Source: Longimicrobiales bacterium
Lineage (GTDB): Bacteria; Gemmatimonadota; Gemmatimonadetes; Longimicrobiales; Gaopeijiaceae
Assembly: GCA_965204735.1 (NCBI GenBank)
Contig: OZ242008.1
Span: 2,944,001-3,008,000 of the forward strand
Direction of reading: 5' to 3'
Length of the DNA: 64,000 nt
Positions 18,396 through 27,409 of the stretch are shown here, one piece after another. The notes under the pieces were generated by a model. It was not told the origin of the DNA, searched no databases, and saw only the letters and a list, made by a program, of their open reading frames with translations. The first letter of the stretch is position 1. Every line of letters begins with the position of its first letter. A program made the translations under genes and the position numbers.

Positions 18396-21300
18396 CTAGG
18401 GGAGTGGCGAAAGCCAGAGAACCGCCGCCTCCCCGTCGATCAAGACCTTCCGGCGATGGGCACAGCCCCGGCCGTCCAAGGCGTTCGGTTCGTCCGGGGC
18501 TCGGCGCGCGCCTGCCGGAGCCCGGCCGTCCGCGCTTCCCGTGTCGCCCGCCTCGCCCGCCAAGCCGGCCAAGCCCCCGTCGCCGGCTTCCCCCCCCTCG
18601 CCTGCCAAGTCCCCGTCGTCCGGAGGACCGACGCCGGCGGTCACCTCCACCGACACGGCCAGGGTCTCCCGGGCGATGACGGCCTCGTGCTCCAGAGCCG
18701 CCGCCCGGACGTCGTCGCCTCCCGCGACGCCCAGGCGGATCCTGTCCGTGATCTCCAGGCCCGCGTCCCTGCGCAGCCGCTGAATCCGATTGACCAGCTC
18801 CCGGGCCAGTCCCTCCCGTCGCAGCTCGTCGGTCACGCAGGGATCGAGGGCCACCACGTACTTCCCCTCGGAGCGCACCACCCAGTCGCCTCGGGCCTCC
18901 TCCACCACGTCGATCTCCTCCAGCCCCAGCCGATGCGCTTCTCCGCCCGCGGTCACTTCCACCGAACGACCTTCCCGAACCGCCGCCAACGCCTCTTGGT
19001 CCAGCCGCCGGACGGCTTCCGCCGCCACCGGCGTGAGCTTCCCGAACCGTCGTCCGAGCGCCCGGAAGTTGGGGCGCGCCACCAGGGCGGTGAACCCGTC
19101 CGACGTGCCCGTGAACTCCACCGACTTCACGTTGATCTCGTCCAGCAGAAGGCGCAGCACGCCGTCGCACAGGGGACGGGAAGCCGAGGGACCGGCGCGG
19201 CCCCCGCCGCTCGCTTCCGGATCGGCGGAGGGCGCCACCGCCAGCATCCGCGCCAAGGGTTGCCGGACCCGCGCGCCGGCCTCTTCCCGGGCCGCCCGGG
19301 CCAGCGTGCACAGGGCTCGCGCGTGGGCCATCTGGGACTCCAGCGCTTCGTCGGAAAGACCGGGGTCCGCTTCGGGGAATGGCTCCAGGTGGCTGGAGCC
19401 GCCGCCGAGCGCTCGGTGGAGCCAGTCCGACGCGAAGGGGGCGACGGGCGCGATCAGCAGGGCGACCGTGCGGAGCGCCCTGTGAAGGGTCGAGAACGCC
19501 GCATCGGAGTCCGCCGGATCAGTGGCGCCCCAGAAGCGCGGTCGGGCGCGTCGGACGTACCAGTTGGAGAGGTCGCCGTCCACGAAGGCGGCCACCCGCC
19601 GGTACGCCCGCATCGGGTTGTATCCGTCCAGCTCCGCCCGCACCTGCTCGACCACGCCGTTGAGGCGCGACAGCAGCCAGCGATCCAGCAGGGCCGGCTT
19701 CGGAGGGGAGCCGTCGGACGCGGCCGGGTCGGCAGACGCGGCGGAGCCGTCGGACGCGATGGGGTCGCCGGACGCAACGGGGTCGCCGGACGCAGAGCAA
19801 CCGCCCGCGTCCGTCCGTGGCGTCCATTTCTCCACGTTGGCGTAGAGGGCGAAGAACCGGTACGTGTTGAAGAGCGTGTCGAAGAAGCGGGCTCCCGACT
19901 CGCGCACGCCCGCCGGGTCGTAGCGGGTGGGCAGCGACGGGTTGCTGACGGTGATCATGTACCAGCGCAGGCCGTCGGCGCCGTGTTCGGCCACCGCCTC
20001 CCACGGGTCCACCACGTTTCCGCGGGACTTGGACATCTTCCGGCCTTGGGCGTCCAGGATCAGGTCGTTGACGAGCGCGTTCCGAAACGCCGGACCCGCT
20101 CCCAGCATGGTGGAGATCGCGTGCAGGGAGTAGAACCATCCCCGCGTCTGGTCCACCGCTTCGCAGACGAAGTCGGCCGGGAAGTGGCGCTCGTGCTGCT
20201 CCCTGTTCTCGAAGGGGTAGTGCCACTGTGCCCACGGCATGGCGCCCGAGTCGAACCAGACGTCGATCACCTCCGGCGTCCTGCGCATCGTCGCGCCGCT
20301 CTCCGGACACATCCACGTCACTTCGTCGATGAACGGCCGGTGCGGGTCGAAGTCGTCGGGCAGACCGCCGGCCTTCGCCGCCAGCTCCTCGAGGCTGCCG
20401 ATCCACTCGACCCGCTCCGGGTCCTCGTCCGACACCCACGCCGGCAACGGCGTCCCCCAGTAGCGGTCCCGCGAGAGGGCCCAGTCCACGTTGCCCTTCA
20501 GCCACTCGCCGAAGCGGCCTTCCCCCACCTCGGGCGGATGCCACGACACCTGCGCGTTGTTCGCCAGCAGCTGCTCCCGGAGCGAGGAGGTGCGGGCGAA
20601 CCAGCCGTGCCGGGCCATGTAGGCGAGGGGCGCGGAGCAGCGCCAGCAGTGGGGGTACGAGTGGACCCTGCGCTCCGACGCGAAGACCATTCCGCGCGCC
20701 CTCAGGTCGGCGACGAGGGGTTCGTCGGCGTCCTTGAAGAACATCCCGCCCACCAGCTGCATCTCCGGGGGGAAGGACCCGTTCGCGCGAAGGGGTTCGA
20801 GCATGGCCAGGCCGTGGTCCTTCGCCGCTTGGAAGTCGTCGGCGCCGTAGGCGGGAGCCAAGTGCACGATCCCGGACCCGTCCTGGGCCGACACGAAATC
20901 GCCGGGCACGATCTCCCAAGCGCGTCCCCGGGCCCGCTCCTCGGGCACCAGGTCGAACGGACGCCGGTACCGCCTGCCCACCAGCTCCGACGCCGCCACG
21001 GGGCGCGTGCTCCTCGCCTCGCCGAAGAGGAGCGCCGCCCGGTCCCGCGCCGCGACGATCCGCCGGCCCTGGTGCTCGACTTCCACGTACTCGACCTCCG
21101 GGTTCACCGCGAGCGCCACGTTGGACACCAGCGTCCAGGGCGTGGTGGTCCAGACGAGGAGGCGCCTGCCCGACCCGTCCAGCATCTCCAGCTCGACGTA
21201 GAGCGACGGGTCCTCCACGTCCTTGTACCCCAGCGACAGCTCGTGGGAAGACAGGACGGTCTGGTCCGCCGGGCACCACGGAACGACCTTGTGGCCGCGG

Positions 21301-21857
21301 TAGAGGAGGTCCCGGTCCGCCATCTGCTTCAGCAGCCACCAGATCGACTCCACGTACTCTGCGTGGAACGTCACGTAGGGCCGGGAGTAGTCCAGCCAGT
21401 AGCCGATCCTCTCGGAGAAGCGCTCCCACTCCTCCTTGTAGGTGAACACGGAGGCGCGGCACTGCTCGTTGAACCATGCGACGCCCCGTTCCTCGATCTC
21501 CCTCTTGTCGGCGATCCCCAGCTGCTTCTGGGCCTCGAGCTCCACCGGCAGGCCGTGGGTGTCCCAGCCTGCGATGCGGGTGACGTGCTTTCCCAGCATC
21601 GTCTGGTAGCGGCACACCAAGTCCTTGAGCGCGCGGCTGACCACGTGGTGCAGCCCCGGGCGACCGTTGGCGGTGGGCGGGCCTTCGTAGAAGACGAACT
21701 CGGGTCCGCCCCGGGTCGCGTCCAGCGAGCGCTTGAACGTTCCCTCTTCGCGCCACTTCTCGAGGACGGACTCCTCCAGGGCGACCAGAGACGGCGGCGG
21801 GACGGGGTAGCGCACGGGCGGGGACCTTCGCGGAGAGGCTTCGTGGGGAAACGGCAA
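18396..21857 (-). CDS. ileS: Isoleucine--tRNA ligase, type 2
   Basis: EGPPTANG.PGLHH, GWDTHGLP, WTTTPWTL, DWALSRDRYWGTP, DQTRGWF, KMSKS, ARELVNRIQ..R. Start uncertain by about 15 codons. Confidence 0.96.
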   Translation of the reverse strand: MPFPHEASPRRSPPVRYPVPPPSLVALEESVLEKWREEGTFKRSLDATRGGPEFVFYEGPPTANGRPGLHHVVSRALKDLVCRYQTMLGKHVTRIAGWDTHGLPVELEAQKQLGIADKREIEERGVAWFNEQCRASVFTYKEEWERFSERIGYWLDYSRPYVTFHAEYVESIWWLLKQMADRDLLYRGHKVVPWCPADQTVLSSHELSLGYKDVEDPSLYVELEMLDGSGRRLLVWTTTPWTLVSNVALAVNPEVEYVEVEHQGRRIVAARDRAALLFGEARSTRPVAASELVGRRYRRPFDLVPEERARGRAWEIVPGDFVSAQDGSGIVHLAPAYGADDFQAAKDHGLAMLEPLRANGSFPPEMQLVGGMFFKDADEPLVADLRARGMVFASERRVHSYPHCWRCSAPLAYMARHGWFARTSSLREQLLANNAQVSWHPPEVGEGRFGEWLKGNVDWALSRDRYWGTPLPAWVSDEDPERVEWIGSLEELAAKAGGLPDDFDPHRPFIDEVTWMCPESGATMRRTPEVIDVWFDSGAMPWAQWHYPFENREQHERHFPADFVCEAVDQTRGWFYSLHAISTMLGAGPAFRNALVNDLILDAQGRKMSKSRGNVVDPWEAVAEHGADGLRWYMITVSNPSLPTRYDPAGVRESGARFFDTLFNTYRFFALYANVEKWTPRTDAGGCSASGDPVASGDPIASDGSAASADPAASDGSPPKPALLDRWLLSRLNGVVEQVRAELDGYNPMRAYRRVAAFVDGDLSNWYVRRARPRFWGATDPADSDAAFSTLHRALRTVALLIAPVAPFASDWLHRALGGGSSHLEPFPEADPGLSDEALESQMAHARALCTLARAAREEAGARVRQPLARMLAVAPSADPEASGGGRAGPSASRPLCDGVLRLLLDEINVKSVEFTGTSDGFTALVARPNFRALGRRFGKLTPVAAEAVRRLDQEALAAVREGRSVEVTAGGEAHRLGLEEIDVVEEARGDWVVRSEGKYVVALDPCVTDELRREGLARELVNRIQRLRRDAGLEITDRIRLGVAGGDDVRAAALEHEAVIARETLAVSVEVTAGVGPPDDGDLAGEGGEAGDGGLAGLAGEAGDTGSADGRAPAGARRAPDEPNALDGRGCAHRRKVLIDGEAAVLWLSPLP

Positions 21858-21884
21858 GCCGGCCGGGTGCCGGTGGCAAAGATA

Positions 21885-22000
21885 ACCGGGGCTCGGCCTC
21901 GTGCTCGCGCGCGACCGGGCCGGGGCGACACGCAGGCGGAGCGCGACGCTTGGCGGGACCGGGGCTCGGCTCGGCGCTCGCGCGCGACCGGCCGGGGCGG
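21885..22000. repeat. Imperfect ~42-bp direct repeat (two copies) upstream of ileS
   Basis: ACCGGGGCTCGGC...GCTCGCGCGCGACCGG(G)CCGGGGCG starting at 21885 and 21958. Confidence 0.75.
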
Positions 22001-22021
22001 CCCTCGTTCAGCGGCGCCGCT

Positions 22022-23788
22022 TCATGGCCCGGGGTCCCCGCCCGCCGCATCGAGAGCAAACGCCCAGACCCGCGGCACGTCGGCGCCCGCGCTCCGACCG
22101 GCCGCCACGGCCACGTACTGGCGGCCGCCGATCGCATAGGCGACCGGCGACGCGGTTCCCGGGCCCACCTGGGCGGACCAGAGCTCTTCGCCGGTGGTCG
22201 CGTTCAGGGCGACCAAGCGAGAACCCGTCCCCCAGAAGACCAGGTTTCCCGCGGTGGACAGCGTTCCGCCGTGACCCCCCTGGGCTTCGGCGCGCCACAC
22301 CTCCTTGTTCTCCGACGGGTCCCAGCCCAGCAGCACGTGGAGAGGTCCCTCCAGCGGCGGGCGCTCCGGCCGTTCGCCGCCCCGTTCGATCCCGGTGTTC
22401 CACTGCCCGGGCCGATACTCGTACGCTTCCGTCTTTTGGTAGTAGTGGTTGTTGTTCTGGACGGGCAGGTAGACGAGGCCGGCATCCGGATTCCACGACA
22501 TCGGGTGCCAGTTGTGGGCGCCCCGGGGACCGGGAGCGAGGTACAGGCCTCGGCCGGTCATGCCGTAGCGCGCGCCGGGCGCTTCCACCGGGCGGCCCGT
22601 CTCCAGCTCCACGCGCGTCGCCCAGGTCAGGTCGTCGGCGAAGGGCTCGGCGGAGATCAGCTCGCCGGTCAGGCGGTCCAGCACGTAGAAGAAGCCGTTC
22701 TTGGGGGCCTGCGCGATCACCGGGCGCGGCGCCTCTCCGGGCCCGTCGATCTCCAGCTCCAGCAGCATGAGGGGCTGGGTCGCCGTGTAGTCCCAGTCGT
22801 CTCCGGGGGTGGTCTGGTAGTGCCAGACGATCTCGCCGTCGGCGGCGTCCAGCGCCAGGATCGACGACAGGTACAGGTTGTCGCCGCCGCCGGGGCTGCG
22901 GTGGTCCCGGTTCCAAGGGGACCCATTGCCCGTGCCCGCGTACACGAGCCCCGCGTCTTCGTCCACGACGATGGCGTCCCAGACGGTCCCGCCGCCGCCC
23001 GAACTCCACCACTCGCCGCTCCACGTCCGGGCCGCCGCCGCCATTGCTTCGTCCTCGTGGCCCAGCGCCGGGTTGCCCGGAACGGTGTACGTGCGCCAGA
23101 GCTGCCCGCCCGTCTCGGCGTCGTAGGCCGTCACGTAGCCCCGCACCCCGTACTCGGCGCCTCCGTTGCCGACCACCACCCGGTCGCCGATCACCCGGGG
23201 CGCGCCGGTGATCGTGTAGTCGGAGCCCGCCGGCGTCGTCTGCACAGTCCAGCGCACCGAGCCGTCGGCCCGGTCCAGCGCCGTCAAGCGCCCGTCCAGC
23301 AGCCCGACGAACACCTTGTCTCCGCCGACCGCAACGCCTCGGTTGACGTCGCCGCAGCACGCCCTGGGACCGCCTTCCTCGGCCGAGGGGATGGCCGGGT
23401 CCCATCTCCACGCGACCTCGCCGGTTGCGGCGTCCAGAGCGAACACGTAGCTGCGGGGACCGGTTCCGTAGAGGATGCCGTCGACGACGATCGGCGTCGT
23501 CTCCAGTCGCGCCCCGGTCTTGGGGATCTCCCAGCTCCAGGCGACGCCCAGCCGGTGCACGTTGCCCGCGTCGATCTGGGCGAGAGGGCTGTGGCGGGTC
23601 TCGGCCGCGTCGAACCCGTGGCGTGGCCAGCCCAAATCCGCGAGCGATTGGAGCTGGGCGCGCGCGACGACGGGCGTCGGGGCCGCTGCGAGCCCGCAGG
23701 CGGCCGCGTGCACGAACAGCGCGACGGCCAGGGGCGCTGCGAACGGGTGGCGGCGGCGCCGGGCGCGCTGGTTCTTCGGAGGGTTCAT
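22022..23788 (-). CDS. PQQ-dependent alcohol dehydrogenase family protein
   Basis: Signal peptide, vicinal CC in ACCGDVNRG, GNGGAE, GGGTVW, GTGNG, WDYTATQP, GAHNW. TACAAT at 23838-23833 upstream. Confidence 0.92.
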   Translation of the reverse strand: MNPPKNQRARRRRHPFAAPLAVALFVHAAACGLAAAPTPVVARAQLQSLADLGWPRHGFDAAETRHSPLAQIDAGNVHRLGVAWSWEIPKTGARLETTPIVVDGILYGTGPRSYVFALDAATGEVAWRWDPAIPSAEEGGPRACCGDVNRGVAVGGDKVFVGLLDGRLTALDRADGSVRWTVQTTPAGSDYTITGAPRVIGDRVVVGNGGAEYGVRGYVTAYDAETGGQLWRTYTVPGNPALGHEDEAMAAAARTWSGEWWSSGGGGTVWDAIVVDEDAGLVYAGTGNGSPWNRDHRSPGGGDNLYLSSILALDAADGEIVWHYQTTPGDDWDYTATQPLMLLELEIDGPGEAPRPVIAQAPKNGFFYVLDRLTGELISAEPFADDLTWATRVELETGRPVEAPGARYGMTGRGLYLAPGPRGAHNWHPMSWNPDAGLVYLPVQNNNHYYQKTEAYEYRPGQWNTGIERGGERPERPPLEGPLHVLLGWDPSENKEVWRAEAQGGHGGTLSTAGNLVFWGTGSRLVALNATTGEELWSAQVGPGTASPVAYAIGGRQYVAVAAGRSAGADVPRVWAFALDAAGGDPGP

Positions 23789-23897
23789 GTGTGCTGGCGC
23801 GAAACGAGGTCGGGGGAGTGGCTCCTCGCAATATTGTACGGCCCGGCGCCGGCTCCAAGCCGAGCGGTTGCGGTGGGCGCCAGCATGCCGGGGAACG

Positions 23898-24503
23898 TCA
23901 TTCGTCCAGCGCCAGCTCCAGCTGAAGGAGCCCGAAGCTGCGCCGGTGATGGGGCGTGAGGCCGGCCGTCCGCAACGCCCGGCGGTGGGCTGGGGTTCCG
24001 TAGCCCATGTTCCGCTCCCACCGGTAGTCGGGGTAGCGCGGGGCCAGTCGGTTCATCAGCCGGTCGCGGCACACCTTGGCGACGATGGAGGCGCACGCGA
24101 CCGAGTGGACCAGCCCGTCGCCGCCGACCACCGCCTCGTGCTCCCACTCCACGCCCCGCATCGGCAAGCCGTCCACCACCACGTGGTCGGGCCGGCAGGG
24201 GAGACGCGCCAGCGCTCGGGTCATGGCGAGGGCCGTGGCTCGCAGGATGTTGTCCCGGTCGATCTCCCGCACCGAGGCCGCGCCCAGGGAAGCCGCGATC
24301 GCGCGGGAGCGTATCTGGTCCGCGAGGCGACGTCGGGTGTCGGGGTCGAGGACCTTGGAGTCGTCTGCCCCGTCGATGAAGAGGCCCTTGGGGAGCACCA
24401 CCGCCGCCGCCACGACCGGCCCCGCAAGAGGACCGCGTCCCGCTTCGTCCACTCCGGCGACCCGGGCGAGTCCGCGGTCCCAAAACCGCCGTTCGTACTC
24501 CAG
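23898..24503 (-). CDS. rnhB: Ribonuclease HII (start uncertain; CTG 24503 used)
   Basis: GVDEAGRGPLAGPV, DSK, VDG, ACASIVAKVCRD, GYGT..H, HRRSF. Confidence 0.92.
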   Translation of the reverse strand: MEYERRFWDRGLARVAGVDEAGRGPLAGPVVAAAVVLPKGLFIDGADDSKVLDPDTRRRLADQIRSRAIAASLGAASVREIDRDNILRATALAMTRALARLPCRPDHVVVDGLPMRGVEWEHEAVVGGDGLVHSVACASIVAKVCRDRLMNRLAPRYPDYRWERNMGYGTPAHRRALRTAGLTPHHRRSFGLLQLELALDE

Positions 24504-24576
24504 CCCGTCGGACGAGCGCTCCGCCGCTCGCCGGCCTGTCGGCGAGCCGTTGTTTGGGCGGGCCGCGGCCGGCCTC

Positions 24577-24936
24577 CTACTTGGCCCGGTAGGTCCGCTT
24601 CTCCTTGATCCGGGCGGCCTTGCCCCGGCGGTCGCGCAGATAGTAGAGCTTCGCCCGCCGCACGCGCCCGCGCCGGACGACCTCAACGCCGCCGACGGTG
24701 GGGGCGTTCACGGGGAACACCCTCTCGACTCCGATCCCGCCGGAAGTCTTGCGCACCCGGAAGGTCTCGCCCATTCCCGAGCCACGTCGTCCCAGGCATA
24801 CGCCCTCAAAGACCTGGATGCGCTCCTTCTGCCCTTCCCGAACCCGATACATCACCCTGATCGTGTCTCCGGGGGAAAAATCGGGAAGATCGTTCCGGGC
24901 GTGCTCCATGTCGAGTTGGTGCAGGATGTCGGCCAT
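24577..24936 (-). CDS. rplS: 50S ribosomal protein L19
   Basis: [38 protein letters not shown]. Confidence 0.97.
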   Translation of the reverse strand: MADILHQLDMEHARNDLPDFSPGDTIRVMYRVREGQKERIQVFEGVCLGRRGSGMGETFRVRKTSGGIGVERVFPVNAPTVGGVEVVRRGRVRRAKLYYLRDRRGKAARIKEKRTYRAK

Positions 24937-25163
24937 CGGGGGGTTCTCCGTCGCATTCGCACGTTCCGTTGGGTTCCGTTGGAGGGCAACCGAGAAAGAT
25001 AGGGCAGAGGGCGGCATGGTGGAAGCCGCCCGCCGTGGTGGAACCCGCCCGCCCGCCGAGTCCGGCAAGTCCGGCAACCTTTCGCCCCCTTCGGGTTACT
25101 AATACCATGTAGTCGGCACGGCTCCACGGCGGTGGGGCGCTCATTAGCAACCGGAGGGGGAAG

Positions 25164-25853
25164 ATGCAGAGGCACCGGACCGACCTCATGGCCGTCGCGG
25201 CCATCGTGGGGGGCGCGGTCGTGGGCTTGGGGGCCACGATGGCGTTCGGGGGGAAGCACGACCACGGGCACGGACACGGGCACTGGCACGGGAAGGGACA
25301 CTCGCACGCGGTGGTGTGCGAGACGACGGGGTCGTCGTCGCAGGTGGCCGTCAAGTTCCGGGTGCGGGACCAGTCGGGCTCGGTGACCGAGTACCGGCCG
25401 CCCCGGGACCAGCGGCCCGTCCGCAAGCGGAGGCGTTGCCGCCGCATCGTCACGGACGTCGACCACCAGGTCGAGCTTCGCTTCCGGGCAGACCGACTGC
25501 ACTTCAGGACCGACTGGGGCGATCCGGACCACGCGGGCGCGCAGATCGACCGGGAGCGCCGTCGCGCCCGCGCCGAAGCGCTCCGGGAACGCGCTGCGCA
25601 GCTCCGGGAACGCGCCGAGGCGGCCCGCGAGCGCGCGGCGCAAGTCCGAGAACGCGCTGCGGAGGTCCGCGAGCGCGCTGGAGAGGCCCGCGAGCGCGGC
25701 GAGGAAGCCCAGGAGCGCGCCGAAGCGCTCCGGGAACGCGCTGCGGAGCTCCGGGAACGCGCTGGAGAGGCCCGCGAGCGCGGCGAGGAAGCCCGGGAGC
25801 GCGCCGAAGCGCTCCTGCAAGTCATCGGGAACGAACCAGGCGCCGGGAAGTAG
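25164..25853 (+). CDS. Hypothetical membrane-anchored protein with His-rich linker and heptad-repeat charged tail
   Basis: GGAGGGGG ribosome-binding site, N-terminal hydrophobic helix, HDHGHGHGHWHG, about 12 RER(A/G)xxx heptads. Confidence 0.72.
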   Translation: MQRHRTDLMAVAAIVGGAVVGLGATMAFGGKHDHGHGHGHWHGKGHSHAVVCETTGSSSQVAVKFRVRDQSGSVTEYRPPRDQRPVRKRRRCRRIVTDVDHQVELRFRADRLHFRTDWGDPDHAGAQIDRERRRARAEALRERAAQLRERAEAARERAAQVRERAAEVRERAGEARERGEEAQERAEALRERAAELRERAGEARERGEEARERAEALLQVIGNEPGAGK

Positions 25854-25938
25854 CGAGCCGCCCAAGTCCCAGCACCGGCCGTCCGGCTTCCCGTCGCCGC
25901 AAGGAGCACGGGACGCCGGGCGGCAACCGGGAGTCGCC

Positions 25939-26724
25939 GTGCTGACCAACTCGTATCGAACCCGGGGCGCCAACTTCGCGTTCCTCGCTGGACCGCCCCG
26001 GGACCTGACCCGCCACACCGGAATGGAGATCCACTCGGCCGTCTGCGAAGCCCTGGGCGCCGACGACCTCTCCTTCAAGTACACGCCCGGAGCGAAGGGC
26101 CCGGACGACGAAACGCCCTTCGCGATCCAGCTGGGCCGGGACCAGGGTCCGGAGAAGCTGGCCGTGGAGATCAACGGCTCGGTTCAGAACACGCCGCTCC
26201 GCGTCTTCTTCGGCTACGAGTGGCCCCGTTCCAGCGACCTGGCCTTTCAGGACTTCGACTTGGTGTGCGAGGCCGTCTTCACCGTCTTGGGCGACGGCTG
26301 GCAGCGCGTGCTGGCCGAGGCCCGGGTCCGCGGCCAGCTCCACGCCAAGGGCGATTCGGCGGTGTCCTACCTGAGCCGGAGCGTTTTGCCGGTCGTCGGC
26401 GGCAGCGAGAACGTGGGCGATCCTTCCTTCGTGGCCTTCAAGTACGAAACCGTCGCATCGGACTTTGCCGCCGAAGACCCCATGGCCAACCCCAAGCGCG
26501 ACGTCTCCGTGGAGGTGCTGCGAAGCGACCCGCGATGCATCTACGTGGAGGTCATGTCCCAGTGGCCGCAGGTCGCGGCCGCGGACGGAACGGCCGTGCA
26601 GATCAACCCGGAGAAGATCAGGACCTTCGACTCCCCTCCAAGCGAATACTTGGCCGACACGATGCACTACGTGGAGTCCGTGGTCCTTCCCCTCCTGGCC
26701 GACAAGAAGGCTCCGGGCGACTGA
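25939..26724 (+). CDS. Hypothetical protein
   Basis: GGGAG site before a GTG start. Globular-type composition and host-like codon use. No motif recognised. Confidence 0.72.
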   Translation: MLTNSYRTRGANFAFLAGPPRDLTRHTGMEIHSAVCEALGADDLSFKYTPGAKGPDDETPFAIQLGRDQGPEKLAVEINGSVQNTPLRVFFGYEWPRSSDLAFQDFDLVCEAVFTVLGDGWQRVLAEARVRGQLHAKGDSAVSYLSRSVLPVVGGSENVGDPSFVAFKYETVASDFAAEDPMANPKRDVSVEVLRSDPRCIYVEVMSQWPQVAAADGTAVQINPEKIRTFDSPPSEYLADTMHYVESVVLPLLADKKAPGD

Positions 26725-27409
26725 TCGCCCCGCCGCTCGCGCGCGCGCCGTCGCCGCACGACCGTCGCGTCAGACGCTGGACCTCGGCTTCGCGCCACTC
26801 CCCGATCCGGCGGTGGTCGCCGCTGCGCAGCACTTCGGGCACTGCAAGGCCCCGGTACTCGGCAGGACGCGTGTAGGACGGGGCCGACACCGCATCGCCG
26901 TCGTAGAACGAATCCGACGACGCCGACTCGTGGTCGCCCAGCGCCCCTGGGAGGAGCCGCACGACGGCGTCGGTCATGGCCAGAGCCGCCGCCTCGCCGC
27001 CGGACACGACGAAGGGGCCCAGCGAAAGCTCCTCCGTGGCCAAGTGGTCGGCCACCCGCTGGTCCACGTCCTTGTAGTGTCCGCAGAGGAAGGTGAGTTC
27101 GGGGACCAGCGAGAGGCGCACCGCGTCCCCGTGGCCGAAGGGCGCCCCCCGGGCCGACAGCAGCACGATCGGGCCTTCCGGCCGCAGGTGGTCCACGGCT
27201 TCGAAGAAGGGCTCGGGCTTCATCACCATCCCGGCGCCGCCGCCGTAGGGCTCGTCGTCCACCGTCTTGTGGCGGTCCGAGGCGTAGTCCCGCAGGTCCA
27301 CGATCCTGTACTCGGCCAAGCCGGCGCGCGCCGCCCGCCCGGGGATGCTCAGCGAGAGGGGCTCGGCGAAGTAGCCGGGGAAGATGGTGAGGATGTTGAC
27401 CCGGATCAC
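26618..27409 (-). CDS. trmD: tRNA (guanine-N1)-methyltransferase
   Basis: ILTIFP, VDDEPYGGGAGMVMK, LCGHYKDVDQR, VVSGGE, YTRP, VPEVLRSGDH. GTGA overlap with rimM. Confidence 0.95.
   Translation of the reverse strand: MIRVNILTIFPGYFAEPLSLSIPGRAARAGLAEYRIVDLRDYASDRHKTVDDEPYGGGAGMVMKPEPFFEAVDHLRPEGPIVLLSARGAPFGHGDAVRLSLVPELTFLCGHYKDVDQRVADHLATEELSLGPFVVSGGEAAALAMTDAVVRLLPGALGDHESASSDSFYDGDAVSAPSYTRPAEYRGLAVPEVLRSGDHRRIGEWREAEVQRLTRRSCGDGARASGGAISRPEPSCRPGGEGPRTPRSASCRPSIRLEGSRRS

Noticed and set aside
21858..22021. T-box riboswitch before ileS
   Set aside because: No T-box consensus (GGTGGNACC-type) is visible on the minus strand.
7004..23959. Long + strand ORFs (e.g. 8323-11118, 14691-17168, 18456-22139)
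   Set aside because: Antisense shadows of well-supported minus-strand genes.
24940..25130. Structured L19 leader RNA
   Set aside because: Only short GC hairpins and repeats; cannot be supported without a covariance-model search.
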